From a virus (lineage: Duplodnaviria; Heunggongvirae; Uroviricota; Caudoviricetes), in the IMG/VR virus record IMGVR_UViG_3300021405_000008: a stretch of 64,000 nt of DNA. One strand, 5' to 3'. Position numbers and translations under genes: made by a program. Shown piece by piece: positions 27,502 to 37,311 of the stretch. How positions within the stretch are numbered: position 1 is the first letter of the stretch; the number at the start of each line of letters is the position of its first letter. Below the pieces are notes generated by a model. It was not told where the DNA came from. It did no database searches and saw only the letters and a list, made by a program, of their open reading frames with translations.

Positions 27502-28063
27502 CCGACCTAAGAGTGAACCCTATGAAGTTGATGAGGTCTAGTCCTGAATCGTCATGGAGTTTCCCGTGCCTCCAGAGTCGGAACCAGAACCTATCCCACT
27601 TCTTGTGGGCGTCGGTTAGTACACCGAGCCTGCCCGACCTACGCCATGTACTACCATCTGGCTCCCATGGACGACTGCACATAATCCGGAGGCATGGTAT
27701 GAATACCTCAACTAGCTGCGATAGGGCATCGGGGGTTGGGGTGATTCCCATGTCCTCAAGGAACCTTCCGGCCAGGTCACGCGTTGTTTCCCTGTCCATT
27801 TGCACATCGTCATCTTCCGAGCCCATTAGAATTCGTACTCCTTGATCTGTAAGTGTGCCCTTGAGGTGAATGCTATATCCGGTGATGCCTATGGGGTGCC
27901 GGCCGGGGATTCCCGCTACCCCGTAGCCTAGCGCGGGGTCGGCCGCCGCGTCCGGCGTTTCGCTATTTTGCTCTGTCACCATAATGACTCCCGGTGGACA
28001 CTTTATCCAGCAGTAACGCCCATTGCCATCGCAGTTGGGCCAGTCTACACAGGCGGCCATCAC
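27443..28063 (-). CDS. hypothetical protein
   Basis: 206 aa ORF. Confidence 0.4.
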   Translation of the reverse strand: MMAACVDWPNCDGNGRYCWIKCPPGVIMVTEQNSETPDAAADPALGYGVAGIPGRHPIGITGYSIHLKGTLTDQGVRILMGSEDDDVQMDRETTRDLAGRFLEDMGITPTPDALSQLVEVFIPCLRIMCSRPWEPDGSTWRRSGRLGVLTDAHKKWDRFWFRLWRHGKLHDDSGLDLINFIGFTLRSDDNGWGEWGEPGPTDRDNV

Positions 28064-28386
28064 CTATCCCTATCTTCTACTTCGATCAGCTTTGTGATCT
28101 GAGACTCATCGACGCCGAGCGAGCCGAGGTGCTCCAGCAAATCATTCCCTACCGACATTATGCTATTGCCCTCAAGGTGCAGCTCCATAGCATGGCACAT
28201 TGGCCATGGGTTCTCTACCCTAGCTTTGAACTGCTTCTTCAAATTCTTCTGCATAACTTTGTCTCTGTTTTGTGCTCGATATGATCCTGTTTCTGGCATC
28301 AAGCCCCCTTTGTGAGCTTTGTTACCAGTACCGTATTTCGTTCGGTGAATCCCATAATCATGTTGAATTCGATCTTTAGCTTCCAC
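28060..28386 (-). CDS. hypothetical protein
   Basis: 108 aa ORF, ATGA-type overlap. Confidence 0.35.
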   Translation of the reverse strand: MEAKDRIQHDYGIHRTKYGTGNKAHKGGLMPETGSYRAQNRDKVMQKNLKKQFKARVENPWPMCHAMELHLEGNSIMSVGNDLLEHLGSLGVDESQITKLIEVEDRDR

Positions 28387-28847
28387 TCTACATGGCCCTC
28401 GACGGCAGCGTGATCATAGTGCCTCGTGCTGAATACGCTGCGCCAGGTTTCGGTGCCGAACTGGCTGACATGTGTCAGATCAGAGTGCCAGAGTTCCGAG
28501 TCGTAATGTGGAACTATATTTACAAACCATCCACCTGTCTTTAGCACACGCTGAATCTCTGACAGTAGCGGGATGACTCTTTTGATGTGGTCCAGAGTGT
28601 GATAAGACGCAATACCGGCGATCGAGTCATTCTCATAAGGCAGAGGCATTTTCTCTGCATCCCATTCCGGGTAGTCGAGGTTATCCCAGTACTGGATCAA
28701 CTTTTTGCCGGCCCCTAGCTGCACATACTTCTCGCCTCGCAGATACGGAGTCGAGTTGAAATCCATAGCCTTACCCATGGCTATGGCGACATGCCCGATT
28801 AGCCCGAACGGGTGTGGGAAAACTTCTGCATTCATGTCTTGATTCAC
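28299..28847 (-). CDS. class I SAM-dependent methyltransferase-like protein
   Basis: 182 aa; VQLGAGKK glycine-rich motif I and LKTGGWFV post-I motif. Confidence 0.45.
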   Translation of the reverse strand: MNQDMNAEVFPHPFGLIGHVAIAMGKAMDFNSTPYLRGEKYVQLGAGKKLIQYWDNLDYPEWDAEKMPLPYENDSIAGIASYHTLDHIKRVIPLLSEIQRVLKTGGWFVNIVPHYDSELWHSDLTHVSQFGTETWRSVFSTRHYDHAAVEGHVEWKLKIEFNMIMGFTERNTVLVTKLTKGA

Positions 28848-29134
28848 GGGAAAATCTCCATATAGTCATTGTGGTCGGACCATAGGCCAGCTATGAGGTT
28901 TAGCGAGTCTATTCCATGATTTGCTCGATGGCATTCCCCGCTACGAATCTCCTCTGTATTGTGGTAGCATTTTGTTTCGTCTATGCCCGATTCATAATCT
29001 ATTATATTGCTTATAATCGCATCCATAGTTTCAGTGAATATTATTCTCTGACTAACTTCATCGTCTGTACCGGGTACGCTTGCGTGCTGCCTGAGCCTCG
29101 CATCTATAAAGGCGAGTTGTGCTACAATATTCAC
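28844..29134 (-). CDS. hypothetical protein
   Basis: 96 aa ORF. Confidence 0.3.
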   Translation of the reverse strand: MNIVAQLAFIDARLRQHASVPGTDDEVSQRIIFTETMDAIISNIIDYESGIDETKCYHNTEEIRSGECHRANHGIDSLNLIAGLWSDHNDYMEIFP

Positions 29135-29325
29135 TTCTTCTCCTCCGGCAAGTCAATGTAAGTGCGTTCGCCGCTCTTAACGCGGAGCGCATCGATAGCG
29201 TCCATTATGCGTTCTGGGGTTTCATCCCAGCGTTTCGACAGATCTCTTATTTTACTCTGCGGTTCTTTATTGTGGGCTTCATCGACCAGCTCCATGAGTT
29301 TCTCGAATGGACGACGCAGCTTCAC
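29131..29325 (-). CDS. hypothetical small protein
   Basis: 64 aa ORF. Confidence 0.3.
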   Translation of the reverse strand: MKLRRPFEKLMELVDEAHNKEPQSKIRDLSKRWDETPERIMDAIDALRVKSGERTYIDLPEEKK

Positions 29326-29951
29326 TACTTCCTCCGACTTTCAGCCTCGTGGATTAGGGCCATAAGTAGGCGGCCCTGACCGATAGCGTCGTCTACAGCG
29401 ACGTGGGGCCGTAGCCCAGATCTATCAACATTGTATTTCTTGTACAGATCACCCTCTGAAATCTTCTCATAGTATCCCGGTGTATTGAATAGCCCATTCG
29501 CGTAGCTTCGAATGTCCAGACATGCGAAGCCAAGAGGGTTTATGCCATAGAACTGATGTAGATAGTAGTTAACATGCCCGAAGTCGAAGGCGGCTGGCCA
29601 AGCTGCCGGAATTAGCTTTGCGTTGCACGTGCTCTGCATTTGGTCCAGAAGTAGACCGAATTCACCCATCACTTCATGCGGGGCTCTCTGATTTCGATTG
29701 ACCTCTAGCCATGCAGCGGGCTGAGTGTTCCACCATATCATGGTATCGTTATTTTGCATGCCATCCGGCAGAGGTTCAATTGTGCTATAGAATGTTTCGA
29801 TTTCTTTGCCATTTAGGTACATGGCCGCGCCTATTGCTAGCATGCTATTTAGACCCGGGCAAGGCCCATCGGTCTCGATGTCCAGAGATACGTAAAGCTC
29901 GGTCTTACTCATTGACATCATCGAACTGAATAGATAGCGTGGCCGGTTCAT
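29325..29951 (-). CDS. DnaQ-like 3'-5' exonuclease (DEDDh)
   Basis: 208 aa; Exo I LDIETDG, Exo II AFDFGHV, Exo III HVAVDDA. Confidence 0.75.
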   Translation of the reverse strand: MNRPRYLFSSMMSMSKTELYVSLDIETDGPCPGLNSMLAIGAAMYLNGKEIETFYSTIEPLPDGMQNNDTMIWWNTQPAAWLEVNRNQRAPHEVMGEFGLLLDQMQSTCNAKLIPAAWPAAFDFGHVNYYLHQFYGINPLGFACLDIRSYANGLFNTPGYYEKISEGDLYKKYNVDRSGLRPHVAVDDAIGQGRLLMALIHEAESRRK

Positions 29952-30198
29952 CTACCGACGGATCTGCTGGGTTGAATGACAAATCTACTGCCAATTCCCC
30001 GGTGTCCTCATCTCCGACTACTGCATCATCTGGTACATTATTCTGGCTAGCCCAATCCCTCAGATATCCCCAGGTGATCTGACTCATTGTCTGACTTACC
30101 TCTCCGAATGATTCTGACATTATCTCTTCTAGCGCTATGTCGCTCAGTTCAAATCCCGTGTCTGTCTGGCTTACATCCTCCTCGCCCCAGCTTGGCAT
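29905..30198 (-). CDS. small acidic protein
   Basis: 97 aa, Asp/Glu-rich. Confidence 0.35.
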   Translation of the reverse strand: MPSWGEEDVSQTDTGFELSDIALEEIMSESFGEVSQTMSQITWGYLRDWASQNNVPDDAVVGDEDTGELAVDLSFNPADPSVDEPATLSIQFDDVNE

Positions 30199-31394
30199 TA
30201 CTCACCCTTTACATTAATAATCTGGTGCAGGGTGTGCTCTATCTTGACTAGGTCTGCCGCATCTCGCATGACGACATCGACATCCTTGTAGGCGGCGGGG
30301 ATTTCATCGATGAACTTGTCTGAGTGCCTCCACTCGATACCCTGCATTGCCTCTTCTAGGTCCGCGAAGCTGAATGCACGCTCTGCTGCCTTCCGCCCAT
30401 ACTGACGGCCTGCGCCGTGCGGTGATGAGTTCAGGGATAGCGTGTTGCCGAGTCCCGAGACAACGTAGGATGCCGTCCCCATGGATCCAGGGATAAGCCC
30501 CATACGGCCCTCACTGGCGTCGATCGCGCCCTTCCGCGAAAGCCATACATGTCCCTCTATATCTGCCGATGGCCTGAAGCGCCGCAGTAGATCTTCGGTC
30601 ATCGGCTCGGTGTAATTGTGATGGCACTGGATGCGCTCAGATACGTACCAGTCGTCTATCTCCTGAGTTATGCACCCAAGGACACGGTCCATCATCTCTT
30701 CGCGGTTCATACGCGCGAACTCCTGCGCCCAAAAGAGGCAGCGCAGGTAGTCCCTGAACTCTGGCGTGCCTTCGACAAGATATGCGAGGTCGGAATCAGG
30801 TAGCGTCACCCAATTGTACTTGCAGTATGCTTGGGCAATTGCGATGGACTTCATTGCTAGCTTATTGCCGACGCCTCGGCTGCCGCTGTGCAGGAATGCC
30901 CATACCCGGTCTTCCTCATCTACTGAGACTTCGATGAAGTGGTTGCCCGAGCCGAGCGATCCAAGCTGCATATCCCAGTCGGCTATCTGAGTGGCGTCCT
31001 CGGCCCCATCCATCTTTGCCAGGATATTGACCCGGTGTTCGGTCCTCCGGTCCCATAGTTTCTGATTGTACTTACCTACTGACAGCGGTATGGCTCGCTC
31101 GATCCGCTCCCGGATTCGCCGCCTGAGATCAGGGTCTTCTAGCTGTTCCGCGTATAGGCTTGTGCGGTGCGCGATCATGCCGCAGCCGATATCGACTCCC
31201 ACAGCTGCCGGCATAATTGCGCCAATTGTCGGGATGACTGATCCCACCGTCGCGCCTTTGCCCCAGTGAGCATCAGGCATAATTGCAACATGCGGAAAGA
31301 TGAATGGCATAGAGGCAGTATTAAGCGCCTGCTGCTTCGCGCCATCTTCGAGGATTGATGCCCAGCTGAACAAGCGATTGTCTATCTTCTCCAT
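30198..31394 (-). CDS. rtcB: RtcB-family RNA ligase
   Basis: 398 aa; MPDAHWGKGATVGSV, GVDIGCGM, GSGNHFIE, HNY, SPHGAGR motifs. Confidence 0.85.
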   Translation of the reverse strand: MEKIDNRLFSWASILEDGAKQQALNTASMPFIFPHVAIMPDAHWGKGATVGSVIPTIGAIMPAAVGVDIGCGMIAHRTSLYAEQLEDPDLRRRIRERIERAIPLSVGKYNQKLWDRRTEHRVNILAKMDGAEDATQIADWDMQLGSLGSGNHFIEVSVDEEDRVWAFLHSGSRGVGNKLAMKSIAIAQAYCKYNWVTLPDSDLAYLVEGTPEFRDYLRCLFWAQEFARMNREEMMDRVLGCITQEIDDWYVSERIQCHHNYTEPMTEDLLRRFRPSADIEGHVWLSRKGAIDASEGRMGLIPGSMGTASYVVSGLGNTLSLNSSPHGAGRQYGRKAAERAFSFADLEEAMQGIEWRHSDKFIDEIPAAYKDVDVVMRDAADLVKIEHTLHQIINVKGE

Positions 31395-31477
31395 TATTGT
31401 CCGTCCAAATTCAGGCCCGGTGTGGCCCGGTTACTCCGCAGTGGCCGAGCCACACCGGGGGCTTGTGTGTTGCTCTG

Positions 31478-32521
31478 CTACTTGGCGGGGGTTGTGTTGA
31501 GTGCGAGTCCGCTCGTTGAACCAGGGAAGCAGCTAAACCCAGCCGGAAGGTTGTTCTCGCTCTTGACGTCCGTAAGGCACTGTGCGATGAGCTGGGCCAC
31601 AGTCGGGTCACCTAGCTTAGCGAATGCCTGCGAGTTCTCCTGGTTGACTAGGACGTTGGTCTTAGCGATGACGAGATTGGCAGCAGCTTGCTGGATTGCC
31701 TGTAGCTGCGCTTCCACTGGTGCCGGATATTGCATGTTCGGGAACAAGACGCTGATCACGTCGATCCGATTGCCGATGTCATGCTGCATCTGCGCAAGGA
31801 TCTGTGAACTGAACCCGGTGAACTGGCTCTGGGCTCCGGCCGTCGTGTTTACGGTCGTGGTATCGGTAATAGGCGAGTAGTCACCCACCACGTTATTCAC
31901 GACCTGCTCCAGTTCCCGGATGACGACCGCATTCGTGATGGTTGACATCAGGCTACCCTGATTAGCGTAGTCTTCGAACAGTCCACCAGCGGCAGCAGGG
32001 AGGATCTTCCACTGAATGGTAACCTTGGCGCAGGCCTGGAAGTTTCCGCCGATTCGTACTGGCAGGGAGCCATCGCAGGATTCAGTACCATTCTGCATCA
32101 CGCCGTCGGTACCACCCGGTTCGAAGGTCGTGGTCTGAACAGTTTCGTCTTCGTCCACGACGCCGAGCCATGGTTGCCATGTCCAGTGTGTTCCCGGACT
32201 CAGTGTACTACCTGACACGGAATTGAATGCGATCGGGATTCCCACAGTCTTCGGCGGCACGCTCTTGATTCCGCCGACCGCGTAGAAGGCGATGCCAAGC
32301 ACGACGCATATAGCTCCAGCACCATACCTAGCTCCACGAGACCAGATCGAGTCTGAACGTGGGGATAGATCCGGACCCAGAGCACCCCAGGCGATAAATA
32401 CGATCGCAATGACCCAGAAGATGATTGCGATCACGAATAGGAAACTACTCACCCTTCCGTCGTTCCAGGCTGTCAAGCTCATCATCGGTAGTAGCCTGGT
32501 TGATCCTATCGATGAGGGCAT
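31478..32521 (-). CDS. membrane protein, SPFH/band-7-like (tentative)
   Basis: 347 aa; N-terminal TM helix, Gln/Ala-rich coiled C-terminal region. Confidence 0.4.
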   Translation of the reverse strand: MPSSIGSTRLLPMMSLTAWNDGRVSSFLFVIAIIFWVIAIVFIAWGALGPDLSPRSDSIWSRGARYGAGAICVVLGIAFYAVGGIKSVPPKTVGIPIAFNSVSGSTLSPGTHWTWQPWLGVVDEDETVQTTTFEPGGTDGVMQNGTESCDGSLPVRIGGNFQACAKVTIQWKILPAAAGGLFEDYANQGSLMSTITNAVVIRELEQVVNNVVGDYSPITDTTTVNTTAGAQSQFTGFSSQILAQMQHDIGNRIDVISVLFPNMQYPAPVEAQLQAIQQAAANLVIAKTNVLVNQENSQAFAKLGDPTVAQLIAQCLTDVKSENNLPAGFSCFPGSTSGLALNTTPAK

Positions 32522-32672
32522 TCAGATCTCGCAGCCTTTTCTGCATGACCTGTGGCTCATTGCGCCTAGCGATAGCATCACGGCGGCGTTTGCCTACCGC
32601 TACTATCATTATCATCACTAGACCGCTGAGCACGACCAGGAAGGCTATTAGCCCCAGAATCAGATCAGCCAT
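32445..32672 (-). CDS. small membrane-anchored coiled-coil protein
   Basis: 75 aa; TM then charged helix. Confidence 0.35.
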   Translation of the reverse strand: MADLILGLIAFLVVLSGLVMIMIVAVGKRRRDAIARRNEPQVMQKRLRDLNALIDRINQATTDDELDSLERRKGE

Positions 32673-32739
32673 TTTACCTCCCTAGCCGCTACCGTCCCTA
32701 GCCCTAGGGTAGTCGGATACCGACTGCAAGGCGAGCTTA

Positions 32740-33747
32740 CTAGCGAATCCCGAGGCACCTGTAATTGGCAAGATGGTATAGGTACTCGTGTTCCTCGTGC
32801 GTGTCTGTATCTCCGCAGTACCTTACCGGGAGCTTTAGATGCTCGGCCATTGCGGGCGAGAGTCGAGCTGCACCCTCACGAAGTGGTTCGAGTGGGTCGA
32901 TGTCAACCCACGTCGTGGGGTTATCTCCATTTGCAGTGTGGACGTCTACCCGGCTGCGGATGGCGCAGAATCGATCGGACTCCGCGTGGAACCCGCACCT
33001 GCCAGTTTGATAGCAGATTGGCTTGAATAGCTTGATGATCTCGCGCTGCTGCCAGCGCTCATGCACCGGTCCATAGTCGAGGATGGCACGGATCATTTCA
33101 TACCAGACTTGCTTCCATTCCCACTGAGCCTGAGAGCAGAGTCGCTTGCCAGCTAGCGGGATGAGATTGCGCAGGTTTGTCTTGTAATGCATGCGAGTGG
33201 TGATATTGTGTGGCAGACGACCCCTGGCATCCTCAGCCGGGATACCGCCGCCAATCAGACCATTGTAGACGCTTGCGTCATATTCATTGGCCTGATCCCA
33301 CAGGACACGCATCGGGTGATCATCGTCGAGACCCGCGATGCTCGGCGGGTATGCCACCTCAAGCTCGGCATTTTCCTTCACTGCGAAGCGCTGTGATTCC
33401 TGCACAAATACAGCTGTCCTCTGTCGTACAGCCTGGTGAGTGAAGGCCCTTGTGACACCCTCGAAGAAGAAGTGCAAATCGATGAATTCAAGACCCGATT
33501 GCAGCTCTGTCCTGGTCATTTCCTCTAGCCAGTGCATGGCTAGCGGCTTATTGATATCCATCGGGTCAGTTACCATGTGACCGATGTACAGTTCGCACGC
33601 AGCCGCCATCGTCCGGAGCGGCTGATGAGTCATTGAGACGAGGGTTACTCTTGGCTCCACCTGCTGTCCTGCATCAGCCATTGCATTGTGGGCTGATTCG
33701 TACATTGCTACGTCGGACCACTTCTGGACGCTATTACCGGGAGCCAT
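32740..33747 (-). CDS. thyX: flavin-dependent thymidylate synthase ThyX
   Basis: 335 aa; RQRTAVFVQESQRF (RHR-x7-S / ESQR ThyX signature) and downstream Arg-rich motif. Confidence 0.75.
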   Translation of the reverse strand: MAPGNSVQKWSDVAMYESAHNAMADAGQQVEPRVTLVSMTHQPLRTMAAACELYIGHMVTDPMDINKPLAMHWLEEMTRTELQSGLEFIDLHFFFEGVTRAFTHQAVRQRTAVFVQESQRFAVKENAELEVAYPPSIAGLDDDHPMRVLWDQANEYDASVYNGLIGGGIPAEDARGRLPHNITTRMHYKTNLRNLIPLAGKRLCSQAQWEWKQVWYEMIRAILDYGPVHERWQQREIIKLFKPICYQTGRCGFHAESDRFCAIRSRVDVHTANGDNPTTWVDIDPLEPLREGAARLSPAMAEHLKLPVRYCGDTDTHEEHEYLYHLANYRCLGIR

Positions 33748-34091
33748 TACCTCTTACCTCCGCTGCTTTTCTGGAATGCGATTCGACCGGCTTCAGCAGG
33801 TACAATATCGACATACATGTGTGGATAGATTTGCCCTACTTCGGAGCCGACTGGAATTACAATAGAGCAGGGCCCCCTAGACTTCATTGCGGCTAGCCTA
33901 ATTACCTGGGCGGTAATTGTGGGATTGGCCAATGCATCCTCGACATGTATCAGAGACGCTGCTACCGTATGCCCCGCCACGATAGGATCATCTGGCAGAA
34001 ATATGATGCCGTGCTCGGTACGTTCGATATAACCCCTGCTGCTGATTACCGTGCAGATCAGGCACGGGTTCTGGCTGCCGGTCAAATTCAT
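33747..34091 (-). CDS. HIT-like protein (start uncertain; overlaps upstream gene about 100 nt)
   Basis: N-terminal CLICTVIS…GIIFLPDDPIVAGHTV HIT-like; no clean HxHxHxx triad. Confidence 0.4.
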   Translation of the reverse strand: MNLTGSQNPCLICTVISSRGYIERTEHGIIFLPDDPIVAGHTVAASLIHVEDALANPTITAQVIRLAAMKSRGPCSIVIPVGSEVGQIYPHMYVDIVPAEAGRIAFQKSSGGKR

Positions 34092-34920
34092 CGCCCATGT
34101 CCTTCGGTATGCTGATATTCACTTGATTTGGATACAGATCGCCGATGTCCCTGATGTGTGCGCTATTGATACTTTCTATTGCGCTGTAAGTGTCCCAGTA
34201 TGCTGTATCGATCCACACTTCATTCTTCCAGGCACCGAAGCGCCCGGTGCGAAGTATGTTCGTGTAACAGTCACAGTCTGTTGAGATCGGCTTTCGAATG
34301 ATCCTGGCATTCGTAGGCATCCCGTGCTGTGAGCCGACTGCCCATTCCGTTACTGGTACACCAAAGACCCGCGAGCTGCGCACCCATGCTGGAGCCGGTG
34401 CTGCATTGAATATGATGGTGTTGTCAGGCTGGTCTGGGTACGAGAACTCCGGTGTGACTCCAACTTCTTTGTACAGAAAGTGGTGCCCGACGGTACACAT
34501 GGTTTGCGCACTGGCCGTGCTAACCACTAGATCGGCTTCGCGATGAATGTTGCGCATCTCACGAGGTGTGAGGACATAATCGGTGATCAGACCGCTGTAT
34601 AGCTGCCAGAGCCGTTCGTACGTCTCGCGGTGCCGCCATGCATGATAGTGCTGCCTGAGTATGTCACCGTTGATACCTACATTGATATCACCATACAGCT
34701 TGTAGCGATACTGCAGGATACTCCCGCCGATAACTACCTGATGAATGGTACCGTCGGGGTGATCGGTATTGATGCCCGGTATCGGCCTCTGCAGAAGTAG
34801 TGGGCCCTCCTGTGGAGTCATCCGAGCCGGTGCTAGAATTGTTACATCGGCTTTCTGTCCGGTCGCAGCGTGCGCTGCTGCTAGCCCGGCCGGTCCCGCA
34901 CCAATAACGATGACCTTCAT
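33988..34920 (-). CDS. FAD/NAD(P)-binding oxidoreductase
   Basis: 310 aa; N-terminal VIVIGAGPAGLAAAHAA Rossmann dinucleotide motif. Confidence 0.55.
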   Translation of the reverse strand: MKVIVIGAGPAGLAAAHAATGQKADVTILAPARMTPQEGPLLLQRPIPGINTDHPDGTIHQVVIGGSILQYRYKLYGDINVGINGDILRQHYHAWRHRETYERLWQLYSGLITDYVLTPREMRNIHREADLVVSTASAQTMCTVGHHFLYKEVGVTPEFSYPDQPDNTIIFNAAPAPAWVRSSRVFGVPVTEWAVGSQHGMPTNARIIRKPISTDCDCYTNILRTGRFGAWKNEVWIDTAYWDTYSAIESINSAHIRDIGDLYPNQVNISIPKDMGDEFDRQPEPVPDLHGNQQQGLYRTYRARHHISAR

Positions 34921-35197
34921 GATTCCTTGTGCCCCCTAGCTTGGTTCTGCTTTTTCTTGACCCTCCGATTCTGACCCGGCTTCAGCCTCCCGCTATTATT
35001 CTGCTTGATGTACCGGATTTTCAGTTCATTTGCCGAGAGCGGGATCGCCACTCCGTCAGAATTTTTCAATGTCCCTCTTGCCCTTCGGGCGTTCGCGGCG
35101 TGCCGACCTTCGCTTGGCTTCCTTCTTGTGCCTGCCTCCCGGAGACCACCACCATGACCTAATCCACTTTCCTATGCCCTTGGCGGTCAGTGGTTGC

Positions 35198-35533
35198 CTA
35201 TCCATCCTGATCAGGCTCCGTGCTAGGCCAATTAATCCCGAACGGCCCTACATCAGTTACATTCGGAGGATTCTCCGGATGTTGCCCGGTAAACATATGA
35301 TGGAATGCTGCATGCTGCATGTCCGCCTGGGCCTGTATCTTGGCTTCCTGTTCCTTTACGTATACTGGGTCCATAACTGCCTTCTGAGCCTCGAAGGCAA
35401 TCTTCCCGGCGCAGAGATTGCTCCATTCAGAATCGCTATAGGCGAACATGAATCCCAACCAGATATGTGCCGGTAGTGTAATTGTCACGGGCTCATTCAG
35501 TGACATGTTACGGAACCTCAGATCATCTGACAT
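35198..35533 (-). CDS. hypothetical protein
   Basis: 111 aa ORF. Confidence 0.35.
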   Translation of the reverse strand: MSDDLRFRNMSLNEPVTITLPAHIWLGFMFAYSDSEWSNLCAGKIAFEAQKAVMDPVYVKEQEAKIQAQADMQHAAFHHMFTGQHPENPPNVTDVGPFGINWPSTEPDQDG

Positions 35534-35652
35534 ACGCCATGCCTTTCTTCTGATTGTTGGCCCTCACTTCAGGGTCCTGCTCGAATCATGTTGTGCCAGA
35601 CGGGTTTGCGGCGAGTCGGCAGAGTAATTCGAGCAGGGCGCTCAGGGGAGGG

Positions 35653-36483
35653 TTAGCCCTGCGAGCCGGGGACTACTGCGATTGCCATGTCCTCAGAGAT
35701 CTCGGCCCCATTCTTGACTCCCTGGAAGTAGTACGAATGGATCCACGGGTGATCCTTGGCCAGATCCTGGAACTGGTTGTATGCGTCCTTCCCGGGGTCG
35801 TTACCATCCTCGTCGGGACCTTCCCCGAGGATGCCCACGGCCCAGGCCTCAATCCACTGCCCATGGTCACCATAACCGGCGGTCGGTCCTTCGCCCAGCT
35901 TGGCTTGCGACAGATAGCGCCGGACTTTGGCGATGTCATTCAGGATGCCGTCGCTCCAGAATACACGACCGCGGAATGGCCGGTCAGAGAACTTGCGATC
36001 CCCGAACTCGTCCATGAAGTGCTCGTCGCCAGCCTCGATGGCAGACATAGCTTCGGTACCGCCAGCCACGGGCTTCCCGCCCTGGAATAGCTGCGGGTAC
36101 AGTGACATGAAGTATGCGATACGTTCATCGGCATTGCTTGGGTTCATGTCGATGATGAGTTCGCCCTCCTCATCCCGCTTGTCGGACAGAGGAACGTACT
36201 GGTTGTTGAACGGGTAAGTAGCGACACCGCCACCCTCCGACTCCTTGCCCTTCTGGCTGTCGAGGATGGCGAACGGCTCCAGGAATCCCTTGATGGCTCC
36301 GGCTGTGATCGTGAATGTGCACAGTTCCGGGTTCTTCAGCCACGCCCAGCCAGTAGAGGCGGAAATGTCCCAGTACTGCTCGGGCTCCATCTCCTGACCG
36401 GCCTTGAACAGAGAAACGATGTCCTCCTCGCGCTTTGTGCGATCCTTGCCACCGGTGGTAAGTTCGGTGCGGTCGATCTTCAC
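35653..36483 (-). CDS. hypothetical protein
   Basis: 276 aa ORF, acidic. Confidence 0.4.
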   Translation of the reverse strand: MKIDRTELTTGGKDRTKREEDIVSLFKAGQEMEPEQYWDISASTGWAWLKNPELCTFTITAGAIKGFLEPFAILDSQKGKESEGGGVATYPFNNQYVPLSDKRDEEGELIIDMNPSNADERIAYFMSLYPQLFQGGKPVAGGTEAMSAIEAGDEHFMDEFGDRKFSDRPFRGRVFWSDGILNDIAKVRRYLSQAKLGEGPTAGYGDHGQWIEAWAVGILGEGPDEDGNDPGKDAYNQFQDLAKDHPWIHSYYFQGVKNGAEISEDMAIAVVPGSQG

Positions 36484-36639
36484 AGCGTTGCCTTCCGGTT
36501 GTTGTTCTTCTCCTGGTTGTTCGGCCCTGCCCGGTAGAATATCACAGGACGCAATGCCCGCTGGCTACCGAGCAGGGCCTTTATCCCGCCCGCAGAGAGG
36601 GCCGTGAGCGCTGGTCAACCACACCCGCGAGCGGGACGT

Positions 36640-36900
36640 TCATTCGGCTACGGTATGTAGCTTTGGCTTCTCAGAGAGGGCTATTAGACGCCCATCATCA
36701 TCCAGGTCGAATTCGCCATTCTTACATCCGCCGACGAATGCGTCCCATTCACCCTCGGTGAAGGTTAGCATGCCACCGTCCGGATCATTGCTATTCCGGA
36801 CTTGTGCTCCGCCATCGGGCAAGGCCTTGACTTCGACACAGCTGCCACTGAAGTTGCTAAGCGAGCTTTTCAGCCACTTCCCGTTCATACCATATACCAC
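36640..36900 (-). CDS. DUF397 domain protein (BldB-like), second copy
   Basis: 86 aa; WLKSSLSNFSGSCVEVKAL…VRNSNDPDG…EWDAFVGGCKNGEFD. Confidence 0.7.
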   Translation of the reverse strand: MVYGMNGKWLKSSLSNFSGSCVEVKALPDGGAQVRNSNDPDGGMLTFTEGEWDAFVGGCKNGEFDLDDDGRLIALSEKPKLHTVAE

Positions 36901-37003
36901 CAGTGTGACTGTGATGGCACTAGGTTAAGTGGTGCCACTTGCTCGTTCGCATAGCTACAGCCCGGGTTAGGCCCTGCGCCTACGGCCACGCTACGCTTGC
37001 GCA

Positions 37004-37159
37004 TTACAGCCTGCCCTGTGGTTCGAGCGGGTTGATCAGCTCATAGAAGTTGGTCGGCCGGATGTTCCATCCCTGCCGCTTTGAATTCCAGTACGGGTCA
37101 CCAGGGCCACTCTGCCCGTTAGCTCCACTCCCGCTATCACTGGTTCCCCTGCTGTTCAT
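37004..37159 (-). CDS. small protein, tandem paralog 3 of 3 (51 aa)
   Basis: MNSRGTSDSGSGANGQSGPGDPYWNSKRQGWNIRPTNFYELINPLEPQGRL; start overlaps previous stop (TAATG). Confidence 0.5.
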   Translation of the reverse strand: MNSRGTSDSGSGANGQSGPGDPYWNSKRQGWNIRPTNFYELINPLEPQGRL

Positions 37160-37311
37160 TACAGCCTACCCTGAGGGGTGAGCGGGTTGATGAGTTCATA
37201 GAAGTTGTATGGGCGGATATTCCAGCCCTGGCGCCAAGAGCTGTAGTATGGATCGCCAGGGCCGCTCTGCCCGTTTGCGCCGTTGCCGTTGCCTAGACTT
37301 TTGTTGCCCAT
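37159..37311 (-). CDS. small protein, tandem paralog 2 of 3 (50 aa)
   Basis: MGNKSLGNGNGANGQSGPGDPYYSSWRQGWNIRPYNFYELINPLTPQGRL. Confidence 0.5.
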   Translation of the reverse strand: MGNKSLGNGNGANGQSGPGDPYYSSWRQGWNIRPYNFYELINPLTPQGRL

